This document shows, piece by piece, positions 11,245 through 21,152 of a DNA stretch of 64,000 bases. The stretch's first letter is position 1, and each line of letters opens with the position of its first letter. The notes below the pieces were generated by a model, which did no database searches, was not told where the DNA came from, and saw only the letters and a list, made by a program, of their open reading frames with translations. Made by a program: the position numbers and the translations under genes. Origin of the DNA: Gammaproteobacteria bacterium (GTDB taxonomy: Bacteria > Pseudomonadota > Gammaproteobacteria > CAJXQU01); assembly GCA_965238175.1 (NCBI GenBank), contig CBDEGZ010000003.1:1184001-1248000 (forward strand), given 5' to 3'.

Positions 11245-11460
11245 ATAGAGAGAACAAATCATTTCAACGAATTGCGAAGGTAAAACTAAAGATGGCATAA
11301 CAGGTCAAACCAGCCTATTGAAAACCTGTCGAGCTCAGGGGTAACTAATACCGATAACCTGATAAGGAAAATAGGCGCGTAATACATCCAGGTCAGAAGT
11401 TGAAAACTTCATTGAAGGCCGTATATATGACAGCAATCCTGTCCCTGTTATCTGAATGTT
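11245..11460 (+). ncRNA. Putative bridge/seek RNA of the IS1111-group element (boundaries approximate)
   Basis: Two stem-loop modules whose internal segments match the insertion target (CGAGCTCA, ATAACCTGA) and the circle junction (ACATC, ATATATGA). Confidence 0.7.
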
Positions 11461-11679
11461 TTATCTTGCAATACGGGAGGAGACCATATATGAACTCGGG
11501 ATAAGAAATACTGCGTAGGTTATGCAAAGCCTAGCGTATCAACGTTTCTGAGAGCCCAGTTCTCTGCTAGTTTTGTCTTAGTTTATCAATCTAAATCTAT
11601 TAACACTATGATTTAGTAGGTTTTTAACCTACTTAGTCAGCCCTAAAAAACAAACTCATTGAATATATTAACTAAAGAT

Positions 11680-12364
11680 TCAGTAACAAGATGACCGAAT
11701 CGACCAGCGATAATAAAATGAAAGCTCCTTCTCTAGTCGAAATGCTGAATAAATGCTGACCAAAAGCCATACGGGTGGTTTTCAACCGAATTTGATTGGG
11801 AATGAGACTTACTTCAACTACTAACTCCCTCTACCCCTTTACTAGTGCTATCCGCCCGCAATTCCCTGGCATGACTTTGAGCAAGCCCTTGCCAAGCACT
11901 ACACTCAGGGATTTAGCTATATGGCAGCAAAATCTCCATTGCCAGCACAGCGAAGGGCAATATCATCGTTGGTACAATGAGTCACTTACAGAGCCTGCAT
12001 GACAGCCATACTTTACTGTCGTAGTGATGCATATCGAAACGTTACGGGGCAAAGTCGTTCACACAGCTGTTTGTGTTCGAGACTATCGAAGCCATCATTG
12101 GCTATCTGAAATCAGATTTTCGGATATCAAGAAACTTCCTCAAAGGTATATCAGGCAATGAAATTAATCTGCTAATGGCACTGTCTGGAACTTGAAGAAA
12201 TGGCTAGTCGCCATTTATCTGGCCTTATTTTTGTGGCTTAAAAGGAATGCTATACAGAATCAAAATCAACCCAGCATCAATGCAACGTTAAATCGAGGTT
12301 GCTCAGAGCCAAAGGCTTCTCTGGCAAATATCCATATCGTAAGTTGAAACTTTTTCAGGGGCGA
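11680..12364 (+). mobile_element. Internally deleted IS5-family remnant, copy 1
   Basis: Broken frames encode IPWHDFEQALAKHY, GNIIVG...LHDSHT and EAIIGYLKSDFRISRNFLKG...INLLMA; right end TTTTTCAGGGGCGA; near-identical to 41532-42218. Confidence 0.75.
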
Positions 12365-12438
12365 TTACTTAGCTAAAAAATTAGTTAAAAATCACAGTCA
12401 ATAAATCAAAAGCGGGTAATGCGCTTTTTTAGTTTGAT

Positions 12439-13383
12439 TTAAACGCAAATTTCAACCATTTCTTCAGTAATTGTTGAGATGATCTCTTCTAGTTTTTCAT
12501 CAGCCAAATTATTTTTGACTTGACATGTGCCCGCATTTAGATGGCCACCACCGCCGTAGTTCAGACAAAGTTCGCCAATATTAATATCAGACGATCGATC
12601 GAGAATTGACTTACCAATTGCAAATACGGTGTTTTGTTGTTTCAACCCCCACATAACATGGATAGAAATATTGGTTTCAGGGAATAATGCATAGATCAGA
12701 AAGCGATTGGCTGTATAGATAGTTTTTTCCTCTCGCAGATCAAGCACAACCAAGTCGTTATGGACCGTAGAGCAACGTTGGATCTGTTGTTTCGCTTTTT
12801 CTTCATGATGTTTAAAAAGTGTGATGCGCTCCTGAACGTCAGGTAAATTCATGATTTCATCAATAGAGAGTGCCTTACACTTGTCGATCAGATCCATCAT
12901 TAATTGATAATTTGAAATCCTAAAATCATGGAAACGGCCAAGGCCTGTACGTGCATCCATCAGAAAGTTAAGTAATGGCCATCCTTCTGGGTTTAAAATT
13001 TCGTTTTTACTAAATTGTGCAGCATCACCCTTATCTACCGCTGCCATCATTTCTTGCCAGTCTGTAGGAAAACGAGCATCGCCACCGTAATAGTCGTATA
13101 CAACACGGGCTGCGGATGGTGCATCCGGATCAATAACGTGATTTTTTTTCTTATCGTTTCGAATGGTTTCACTTAGATGATGATCAAAAGCGATGTGTAC
13201 GCCTTCAACATAAGGAAGGTTTGTTGTAATGTCGTTATCGGTGATATTAATCTTGCCATCTTGCATATCTTTAGGGTGAACAAATTTTATTTCATTAACA
13301 ATATCTAATTCTTTTAGAAGCACGGCGCAGACGAGTCCGTCAAAGTCGCTTCTTGTTACTAGTCTGAAATTTAAATTGGTCAT
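12439..13383 (-). CDS. DHH/DHHA1-family phosphoesterase (exopolyphosphatase-like / nanoRNase-like)
   Basis: RLVTRSDFDGLVC, FDHH, GGGGH motifs. Confidence 0.85.
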   Translation of the reverse strand: MTNLNFRLVTRSDFDGLVCAVLLKELDIVNEIKFVHPKDMQDGKINITDNDITTNLPYVEGVHIAFDHHLSETIRNDKKKNHVIDPDAPSAARVVYDYYGGDARFPTDWQEMMAAVDKGDAAQFSKNEILNPEGWPLLNFLMDARTGLGRFHDFRISNYQLMMDLIDKCKALSIDEIMNLPDVQERITLFKHHEEKAKQQIQRCSTVHNDLVVLDLREEKTIYTANRFLIYALFPETNISIHVMWGLKQQNTVFAIGKSILDRSSDINIGELCLNYGGGGHLNAGTCQVKNNLADEKLEEIISTITEEMVEICV

Positions 13384-13551
13384 ACCTATATCTCCTTGAA
13401 ATTATTTTCCTTGCTTATTTAGGCTATATCGGTAGGAAAGACAGAATCTTTAAGAGATTCTTACCATCAACGATTCTACTACTGATTTGGTGGACACAAA
13501 TCTATAGAATACGGATCAGTCATCATGTACAGTTTTTAAAGGACAAAATTA

Positions 13552-14049
13552 ATGGAAAAGAAATTCGAAAATTTACTTTACTTATCGCGTTGGTTGCTGG
13601 CGCCGATCTATTTTGGGTTGAGCTTTGCTTTACTCGCTTTATCAATAAAGTTTTTCCAGGAAATTGTTCATACACTGCCTCATATTCTCGAAATTAAAGA
13701 GGCAGATTTAGTGTTGTTAGTACTTTCTTTAGTGGATATTTCTCTCGTTGGTGGCCTATTGGTCATGGTGATGTTTAGTGGTTATGAAAACTTCGTTTCT
13801 CAGATAGACATAGAGGATGGAAAAGAAAAACTAAACTGGTTAGGTAAGTTGGATTCGGGCTCACTTAAGCAAAAAGTAGCAGCTTCTATTGTTGCCATTT
13901 CATCAATTCATTTGCTAAAAGCATTTATGAATGCTGATCAGATCGAGAACGATAAGTTAATGTGGTACGTGATAATGCATATGACCTTCGTCTTTTCAGC
14001 CATTGGAATGGCGTTTGTGGATAAGATGAATAGTAAGGTGGGTTACTAG
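13552..14049 (+). CDS. YqhA / UPF0114 (TIGR00645) inner-membrane protein
   Basis: [37 protein letters not shown]. Confidence 0.88.
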   Translation: MEKKFENLLYLSRWLLAPIYFGLSFALLALSIKFFQEIVHTLPHILEIKEADLVLLVLSLVDISLVGGLLVMVMFSGYENFVSQIDIEDGKEKLNWLGKLDSGSLKQKVAASIVAISSIHLLKAFMNADQIENDKLMWYVIMHMTFVFSAIGMAFVDKMNSKVGY

Positions 14050-14074
14050 AAGATAGCCTATACAATCTTTGTTT

Positions 14075-16576
14075 CTAGACGTCATAGAGGAAGTGCTGAA
14101 AACCTACGAATACTTCACGTATTGCTGTGGGTGATCCAAGCATACCGGTAGCATCGCTGATCGTGTTGTATTTTAGCTCAAGTATGCTTTTCATCTTACT
14201 CACTGATAATTCGTTAACGCCATCATTAATATATCGTTTTAGTATAAATTCAATAAAGGCTTGTTGGTTATATTCCGCGAAGTTCTGATTAATATGGGGT
14301 TTTGCTTGTTTTACACGCTGCTGACGAGAGCGTGTTTCAGTAGCGTAGGCGACATAAGCGAGCACATCGAAAACGTCACTATTTCTAGCATCGATCAGTT
14401 CTTTCATACTCTCAAGTTTTTCATTGTCATAACCCGCTTCTGAAAGGTCATGTAATAATCTTTCACGAGTTTCAGGATCACCCCATATTTTACGCAAACG
14501 ATCTTCCGTTTCAAAAAATTGCGGTAAGTCATCAAACATTCGTTCGACAAACTCTTTTGCTGTAATAGGTTTTCCTTCAGAACTCCAATACATTACCGAG
14601 GATATATGCAGGATCTGACGCGCTTTTCCATCACTCAATTTTATAACTATTTTCTCAAAACAAGTGCAAGGTTTATTCCCACACTCAGAACAAGACTGTG
14701 ATTCGCATAAACAGGGCTTGTTACCACACACGTCGCAGGCTTGTTTACCACAGCTGCAAGGATCATTTCCGCACTCAACACATAAATCTTTATCGCAATT
14801 GCATGGGCTAAAACCACACTCGCTACAAGGCGCTTCACAATTGCACGGTGCATTACCGCATTCACTACAAGATTCTGGCGGTAGCGGTTCATCATCCCAC
14901 TCAGGATCAGCAAAGTTATGATGCGCTTTTACAAAATCGAATACCGTGAAAAAATCTTTACCCTCAAACAGTCGAGTACCGCGCCCAACAATTTGCTTAA
15001 ACTCGATCATATTATTGCAGGGTCGCATTAAAACAATATTGCGTATATTTCTGGCATCCACTCCCGTGGAGAGTTTGCGCGAAGTGGTCAAAATTGTAGG
15101 AATAGTTTTCTCGTTATCCTGAAATATTCTTAAATCTTTCTCACCCGCTTTGCCATCATTAGCGGTAACACGCACACAGTAATCTGTATTACTTGTCCAG
15201 CCATGCTTAACTGCATATTGATTGACAAAATCGCGCACTGTTCCGGCATGTTCTTGCGTTGCACAAAAGACGATCGTTTTCTGCTGAGGGTTAATCCGAT
15301 CCATCCAATAGTGCACACGTTTTTCTTCACGTTCTGGAATCGTAATTGTTCGATTAAAATCAGCCTCTTTATAAACCTTTCCCGGTTCAGGATCGCCCTG
15401 AATCACCACGCCATCATTAGGGGTATACACATACTCATCCATCGTCCCGACAATAGGATAGACCTTAAACGGCGTTAAGAAACCATCGTTAATACCTTGT
15501 TTTAAGGTGTAGCTATAAACCGGCTCGCCGAAGTATGTGTAGGTATCCACATTATCTTTGCGTTTTGGTGTCGCGGTTAAACCTAACTGCACGGCAGGGG
15601 CAAAATAATTGAGTACATCGCGCCAACTACTCTCATCTCTGGCTCCGCCACGGTGGCATTCATCAATAATAATAAAATCAAAAAAATCCTTTGGATAATC
15701 ACCGTAATATTCTGTCGGATTTCCCTTTTGATCTTTAGGGCCAGACATAAAGGTTTGGAAGATAGTAAAGAACACACTGGCATTTTTAGGTACACGACCT
15801 TTCTTTTTGATCTCGTCTGGCGCAATACGCACAATGGCGTCTTCACCGAAAGATCCGAAATCGTTAAACGCCTGATTAGCGAGAATATTCCGATCAGCTA
15901 AGAATAATATTCGAGGGCGACGTGTAGCTTCATCTGGCGTTTTATGGGCAGTTAAACTCCAACGGCTGTGAAACAACTTCCAGGCAATTTGAAAAGCGAT
16001 GGCGGTTTTACCTGTCCCTGTCGCCAGCGTTAATAAAATCCGCTGTTCTCCTTTTGCAATAGATTCCAGCGCATTATTGATCGCGTTTTCCTGATAATAA
16101 CGCGGCGCCCAACTACCGCTTTTAGTCTCGCAAGGAATCGTAGAAAAACGTTTGCGCCAACCACTAGCGAAATCAGGTTCAGTTTTTCCGAAGGTTAAGG
16201 CCCAACACTGATCGGGAGAAAGAGAATCATCGACTAACTTTTCTTCACCGGAGATCAAATCTATCTGATAAATCTGATCACCATTTGTCGCATAGGCAAA
16301 TCGACACTGCAAACGCTGGGCGTAATCTTTGGCCTGACGTACGCCCTCGACATAAGACAAGCTTTCTTTCTTCGCTTCAACCGCAGCTAATTTGCGGCCT
16401 TGATACACCAACACATAATCACTGGTGACACTGTCGCTGCGTTGTCCACCTGTGATAATACGACCGGGACAGATTACCTCTCGACGAATAAAACTGTTTT
16501 CAACCACACCCCAACCGTTCGCCCGTAACTGCGGATCGATCAGATCAGCGCGGGTATCAGCTTCATTGCGTGGCAT
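14075..16576 (-). CDS. hsdR: Type I restriction endonuclease subunit R (EcoAI-like) with a Cys-rich insert
   Basis: NEADTRADLIDP, DY...VEAK nuclease, ATGTGKT Walker A, DECHRG, TATP, QIVGRGTR; five CxxCGxxPCxC repeats near the C-terminus. Confidence 0.93.
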   Translation of the reverse strand: MPRNEADTRADLIDPQLRANGWGVVENSFIRREVICPGRIITGGQRSDSVTSDYVLVYQGRKLAAVEAKKESLSYVEGVRQAKDYAQRLQCRFAYATNGDQIYQIDLISGEEKLVDDSLSPDQCWALTFGKTEPDFASGWRKRFSTIPCETKSGSWAPRYYQENAINNALESIAKGEQRILLTLATGTGKTAIAFQIAWKLFHSRWSLTAHKTPDEATRRPRILFLADRNILANQAFNDFGSFGEDAIVRIAPDEIKKKGRVPKNASVFFTIFQTFMSGPKDQKGNPTEYYGDYPKDFFDFIIIDECHRGGARDESSWRDVLNYFAPAVQLGLTATPKRKDNVDTYTYFGEPVYSYTLKQGINDGFLTPFKVYPIVGTMDEYVYTPNDGVVIQGDPEPGKVYKEADFNRTITIPEREEKRVHYWMDRINPQQKTIVFCATQEHAGTVRDFVNQYAVKHGWTSNTDYCVRVTANDGKAGEKDLRIFQDNEKTIPTILTTSRKLSTGVDARNIRNIVLMRPCNNMIEFKQIVGRGTRLFEGKDFFTVFDFVKAHHNFADPEWDDEPLPPESCSECGNAPCNCEAPCSECGFSPCNCDKDLCVECGNDPCSCGKQACDVCGNKPCLCESQSCSECGNKPCTCFEKIVIKLSDGKARQILHISSVMYWSSEGKPITAKEFVERMFDDLPQFFETEDRLRKIWGDPETRERLLHDLSEAGYDNEKLESMKELIDARNSDVFDVLAYVAYATETRSRQQRVKQAKPHINQNFAEYNQQAFIEFILKRYINDGVNELSVSKMKSILELKYNTISDATGMLGSPTAIREVFVGFQHFLYDV

Positions 16577-16591
16577 CAGATCGCGACTCCT

Positions 16592-17584
16592 TTAATCCTT
16601 TTCTTTTAACATATGCATAATTAAACGGATCAATGTTTCTTTTTGTTTTGGATCAGATTCCGCCACTAACAATGTCAATGCCGCCAGCCCAGTATCATTA
16701 ATCACCGGCTGGTTTTGATCATTCAATAAACGACCATTGCGGTGTAAAAAATCAACAAACAAAAAAGCACCGCTGCGTTTATTACCATCACTGAACGGAT
16801 GATTTTTCACCACAAAATAAAGAAGATGTGCGGCCTTACTTTCAATCGTCGGATAAGCGGCTTCACCAAACACACTTTGATCAAGGTTTCCAAATATAGA
16901 TGCTAGGCCATCTTCGCGCAAACGTGCGAACAGATCGGTTGCCTCGCCGCGTTTAATCAAAGATTGTTTCAACGTATTTAACGATTGCATCGCCTCGTCA
17001 ACACTGGGCAATACACCGCCAACCTGACCTTTAGGTTCGATCAACAAACCTTCATCGTACTGCTGCAACCACAGAAACGTTTGCGTATAACGGCTAACAA
17101 TTTCAACCAATCCACTGCCAGCTTCTGAGGTTAGCGACTCGGACTTAGCCGCTTTTTGGATCAGCGCAATTGCTTGTTGTAGTTCAGCGGCATTTTGAAC
17201 AAAACGTTGCTGGTTAATGGTGTAACCTTGTACGAGATGTTCGCGTAACGTTTTAGTTGCCCATATCCGAAACTGCGTGCCTTTTTTGGAGTTAACCCGA
17301 TAACCAACGGAAATGATCGCATCCAGATTGTAGTGATCAACATCACGTTCAACCTGCCGTTTTCCTTCAGTTTGAACTATCCGGAATTTCCGGGTAGTTG
17401 GTTCAGACTCCAGTTCTTGTTCTTTATAGATATTTTTTAAATGTTCGTTGACCGTACGTACGTCTTTATCAAACAACTCAGCCATCTGTTTTTGATTTAA
17501 CCAAATCGTTTCCTGATCACTATCAAAGCGAACTTCTACATCCTGTCCTTCTTGCTGATAAATTAATAGCTGATTATTCATCAT
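16592..17584 (-). CDS. RhuM-like / Fic-Doc family protein
   Basis: N-terminal TIWLNQKQMAELF...YNLDAIISVGYRVNS...FRIWAT (RhuM-like); C-terminal HPFSDGNKRSG Fic/Doc motif. Confidence 0.9.
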   Translation of the reverse strand: MMNNQLLIYQQEGQDVEVRFDSDQETIWLNQKQMAELFDKDVRTVNEHLKNIYKEQELESEPTTRKFRIVQTEGKRQVERDVDHYNLDAIISVGYRVNSKKGTQFRIWATKTLREHLVQGYTINQQRFVQNAAELQQAIALIQKAAKSESLTSEAGSGLVEIVSRYTQTFLWLQQYDEGLLIEPKGQVGGVLPSVDEAMQSLNTLKQSLIKRGEATDLFARLREDGLASIFGNLDQSVFGEAAYPTIESKAAHLLYFVVKNHPFSDGNKRSGAFLFVDFLHRNGRLLNDQNQPVINDTGLAALTLLVAESDPKQKETLIRLIMHMLKEKD

Positions 17585-17609
17585 TTTACTCCTTGTTGAT
17601 GTTGAGTAC

Positions 17610-18845
17610 TCATGCGGCGTGTTGTCCTTTGTTTTGGTTTTTATCGGTAGTTAGCTGTCCGGTGAAGGCTTTTTGCAGGATGGATTTTTTTAGTTCGTCG
17701 AGAGACTTTAATTTATTAGAATAGACTTGCTCTAACAGTGATACTTGATATTTAGTTTTTAGAAGAGCATCAACATCAGCCCGCTGCTGATCTATTCTTG
17801 GTAGCTCACTGATAGCTAATTGTCGAATATCTTTCATGTTAACGTGTTGAACAGTTGCACCTGTTGAATAAGCCAAAAGCCTATTTTGCATAATCGGGTG
17901 TAACAACAAAAAAGCTAAATAACGAGAATCGATAATATTACTCATGGGGCGTATTAGAACAGTCCTCTGGCCTAGGCATACTTGCTCCCTACTTGGGATT
18001 ACGCCGACATTACCCGCTGGTGCTTCACGAGCAAGTATCAAGTCACCCGATTGTGGCACAGCTCTCTTCGTCCACAGTTCATATGTTTTTTTTGAAACCC
18101 GTCTCACATTATCGAGTATTAACTCACCTTTACCAATGTTTGGTGTTCGTATTGACGGAAACCCTTCATCTTGAGTTGGTGCAGTTTTATGCTCACAATC
18201 AACTATAAGATCAGTGATACATGAAAGCGTTTGTTTAGGAATCTTTGAGCAAATAGCTAAGAGACGCTCATTTAAACAATTTTCAAACAGTTCACGGACA
18301 TTTTTGAGATTTTGTTCGGCATTAGCGCGAGCTTTGTCGATGTCAGCAAAGGCTTGATCGAGAATAGCGACGATGCGTTTTTGTTCGGGGAGTGGTATTA
18401 GTGGAATTTTTACGCCACTTACCAAGTCAATATTTAAGTTCCTTACAGTTGATCCCGCAGCCAACGAATCAAATTGTTGAAAAATAAATTGGGAACCAAG
18501 AATATGATAGAGAAAGTCTTGATCAATACTTTTATCTTTGGCTTTTAGCACCAACCACCCATCATGAATACAGCCCGGTGTTCCCATAATGTATGGTCTT
18601 CCAAAGCTCATTGAGTTTGATAATATGAAGTCTCCCTCATCTACCAGCCGTGATCGTTGGATACCTTCTGGAATGATTTTTTGTTTTGTTTCGAAAATAT
18701 ACTTTCCACTTGCGGTTGCGTCGCCAATTTTTATCCAATTAATTCCTTCAGGGTCATCAGTGATAAATTTATTGATTGGCCTAGGTGAGCCTCCTCTAGC
18801 AATACTGTAAAGACTATCGAGCCGAACTAAAGGCCATTCCATCAC
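17610..18845 (-). CDS. hsdS: Type I R-M specificity subunit
   Basis: Two TRDs separated by the conserved IPLPEQKRIVAILDQAFADID helix; C-terminal LKKSILQKAFTG. Confidence 0.93.
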   Translation of the reverse strand: MMEWPLVRLDSLYSIARGGSPRPINKFITDDPEGINWIKIGDATASGKYIFETKQKIIPEGIQRSRLVDEGDFILSNSMSFGRPYIMGTPGCIHDGWLVLKAKDKSIDQDFLYHILGSQFIFQQFDSLAAGSTVRNLNIDLVSGVKIPLIPLPEQKRIVAILDQAFADIDKARANAEQNLKNVRELFENCLNERLLAICSKIPKQTLSCITDLIVDCEHKTAPTQDEGFPSIRTPNIGKGELILDNVRRVSKKTYELWTKRAVPQSGDLILAREAPAGNVGVIPSREQVCLGQRTVLIRPMSNIIDSRYLAFLLLHPIMQNRLLAYSTGATVQHVNMKDIRQLAISELPRIDQQRADVDALLKTKYQVSLLEQVYSNKLKSLDELKKSILQKAFTGQLTTDKNQNKGQHAA

Positions 18846-20296
18846 AGCAATCCTTGAATATTTTTCAGAATTCTTTCACTCTCTTTATCCAATGCGATAA
18901 TTTCTTCAATAATTACCGCTGGTTCGCGCAACACAACCTCATCATCCACATTCGGGTTTTTAACCGATAAATCCCAAGTTGTAGTATCAAGATCATTTAC
19001 ATTCAGTGACCATGATTGATCAGAATCTGCAAAGGTTTTTTGCAGATCAACAAAGTCTTTTAGATCATTATCATTAAGTGGATTGGTTTTGCCCAGGCTA
19101 CGGCCAACATCTAATTGATAGAACCAGACTTTTTGCGTAGGCACACCTTTTTCAAAAAACAGCACAACGGTTTTTACACCGGCACCGAGAAATGTTTTAG
19201 CTGGGCAATCAAGAACCGTATGCAGGTTACAGTTTTCGAGTAATTCTTTTCGTAATGCAATCGCGGCGTTATCGGTATTGGATAGAAATGTATTTTTGAT
19301 CACAATCGCGGCACGGCCACCAGCTTTGAGCATTTTGATAAAATGCTGCAAAAACAAAAAGGCAGTTTCGCCCGTTTTGATCGGGAAGTTTTGTTGGACT
19401 TCTTTACGCTCTTTTCCGCCGAAGGGTGGGTTGGCTAAAATAATATCGTGACGCTCGCTTTGTTGAATATCCGCCAGGTTTTCGCCCAGTGTATTGGTAT
19501 GGATCACATTCGGCGCTTCAACGCCATGCAGGATCATATTCATAATCGCGATCACGTAGGCGAGCGATTTCTTCTCTTTGGCGTAAAAGGTTTTTTCTTG
19601 CAGGGTTTTTAGATCGCTGGTGGATAAACCTTCGCGCTGTCTTAAATAATCAAACGCTTCACATAAAAATCCTGCCGATCCTGCTGCGCCGTCATAAATG
19701 GTTTCACCAATTTTCGGTTGCACTATATCGATCATGGCACGGATCAGTGGGCGCGGTGTGTAGTATTCGCCGCCGTTACGACCGGCATTGCCCATGTTTT
19801 TGATCTTGGTTTCGTAGAGGTGTGACAGTTCGTGCTTTTCTTCTTGTGAACGAAAACGTAGTTCGTCGATCTTTTCTAACGCGTCACGTAGGGAATAACC
19901 GCTTTGGATCTTGTTTTTGATCTCACCGAATATTTCGCCAATTTTATATTCAATTGTATCGGGACTTTCAGCGCGTTGTTTAAACCCTTTCAGATATGGG
20001 AATAGTTCACCATCGACATAGTCCATCAAGTCACTGCCGGTTAATGCATTATTATGATCAAAGTTACTATCAGTATCTTTGGGTGCGGCCCAGGTGTCCC
20101 AACGGTGTTCGTTGTCAATAATGTATTGGTATTCTTTGTTTAACAGTTGGGCTTCAAGTGATTTTTCATGTTCCAGATCGTCGAGGTACTTGAGGAACAA
20201 CATCCACGAGGTCTGTTCTGTGTAATCCAGTTCACTGGAACATCCAGCATCTTTGCGCAGAATGTCGTCAATGTTTTTGAAGGTTTGTTCAAACAT
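18842..20296 (-). CDS. hsdM: Type I R-M N6-adenine methyltransferase subunit
   Basis: GEYYTPR, YDGAAGSAGFL SAM motif, NPPF catalytic motif; 4-bp overlap with hsdS. Confidence 0.95.
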   Translation of the reverse strand: MFEQTFKNIDDILRKDAGCSSELDYTEQTSWMLFLKYLDDLEHEKSLEAQLLNKEYQYIIDNEHRWDTWAAPKDTDSNFDHNNALTGSDLMDYVDGELFPYLKGFKQRAESPDTIEYKIGEIFGEIKNKIQSGYSLRDALEKIDELRFRSQEEKHELSHLYETKIKNMGNAGRNGGEYYTPRPLIRAMIDIVQPKIGETIYDGAAGSAGFLCEAFDYLRQREGLSTSDLKTLQEKTFYAKEKKSLAYVIAIMNMILHGVEAPNVIHTNTLGENLADIQQSERHDIILANPPFGGKERKEVQQNFPIKTGETAFLFLQHFIKMLKAGGRAAIVIKNTFLSNTDNAAIALRKELLENCNLHTVLDCPAKTFLGAGVKTVVLFFEKGVPTQKVWFYQLDVGRSLGKTNPLNDNDLKDFVDLQKTFADSDQSWSLNVNDLDTTTWDLSVKNPNVDDEVVLREPAVIIEEIIALDKESERILKNIQGLL

Positions 20297-20331
20297 GTTT
20301 AATTTTCTAATTATTATTGAATTACTGAACC

Positions 20332-20360
20332 AAAAAAGGCTACATCATAGTAGCCTCTTT
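20332..20360 (-). terminator. Terminator after ssb
   Basis: Minus strand AGGCTAC-tatgat-GTAGCCT followed by a T run. Confidence 0.75.
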
Positions 20361-20392
20361 AGAGATAGAACTGAAATTTTAACTAGTTGTGT

Positions 20393-20881
20393 TTAAAACG
20401 GAATATCATCATCAAAATCATCTATCTGTGGAGCGGATGATGAAGGTGTTTGTTGTTGAGGCGTCTGCTGCTGAGACGCCTGATTTGAAGCTTGGTTAGG
20501 TGCTGCGTGTGGAGCCGATTCAAAATTAGCCGATGCTCCACCTTTGCTATCAAGCATTTGCATTTCGTTTCCTACAATTTCAGTGGTGTAGCGATCCTGG
20601 CCATTATTGTCTTGCCATTTGCGAGTTTGCAACCTTCCTTCAACATAAAGTTTTGATCCTTTATGCACGTATTGTTGAACAATTTCTGCCAGCTTGCCGA
20701 AGAAGACGACACGATGCCACTCGGTTTTTTCTTGTTGTTCGCCGGTTGTTTTGTCGCGCCATGTTTCACTGGTGGCCATATTGATATTTGCCATCGCACT
20801 GCCGCTGGATGTATAGCGGACTTCGGGTTCGGCTCCGAGATTGCCGATGATCATTACTTTGTTGAGTCCTCTGGACGCCAT
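20393..20881 (-). CDS. ssb: Single-stranded DNA-binding protein
   Basis: True start [16 protein letters not shown] at 20881; TEWHRVV; C-terminal DFDDDIPF. Confidence 0.97.
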   Translation of the reverse strand: MASRGLNKVMIIGNLGAEPEVRYTSSGSAMANINMATSETWRDKTTGEQQEKTEWHRVVFFGKLAEIVQQYVHKGSKLYVEGRLQTRKWQDNNGQDRYTTEIVGNEMQMLDSKGGASANFESAPHAAPNQASNQASQQQTPQQQTPSSSAPQIDDFDDDIPF

Positions 20882-21152
20882 GTTATTTCCCCTTTGAGCT
20901 TTTGAGACCTTTCCACGATTGTTCTTTTGTCCACTGGCTTCGTCGCTTAAAGCGCCTATTATTGGTAAAAACGTACTCATTTGGTCATTTATATGTATAA
21001 ACTCCCTCATTCCGTGCGCTTTTGCCTTGCCAGCGAACAAAAGCCCGCTCGTGTAAAGGTCTCTAATTATTATTATGGATTTGCATCCGATCCTGTATCG
21101 TTAACGATACCGTTTTTTGATCTTAACGTCACTATATACGTCATAGCAAAAA

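Larger units (their letters stand above)
10146..11490 (+). mobile_element. IS110-family, IS1111-group element, copy 1 (1345 bp)
   Basis: Sub-terminal 13-bp IRs ATGGTCTCCTCCC (10153-10165) and GGGAGGAGACCAT (11475-11487), 7 bp and 3 bp from the inferred ends; long non-coding end downstream of tnp; no classical TSD, only a TG core; matches 38333-39677. Confidence 0.92.

Noticed and set aside
11796-12002. 68-aa ORF here and 71-aa ORF at 37652-37867
   Set aside because: They are off-frame readings of IS5 and IS982 transposase remnants.
14664-14921. Repetitive antisense ORF (QGLxPHS repeats)
   Set aside because: It is the mirror of the HsdR Cys-repeat codons, with no independent evidence of expression.
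20882-21040. N-terminal extensions in the ORF track (ssb; also MFS, 4510, 10186, 36709, 40752, 57515, 63266)
   Set aside because: Family N-termini and RBS positions point to downstream ATGs.
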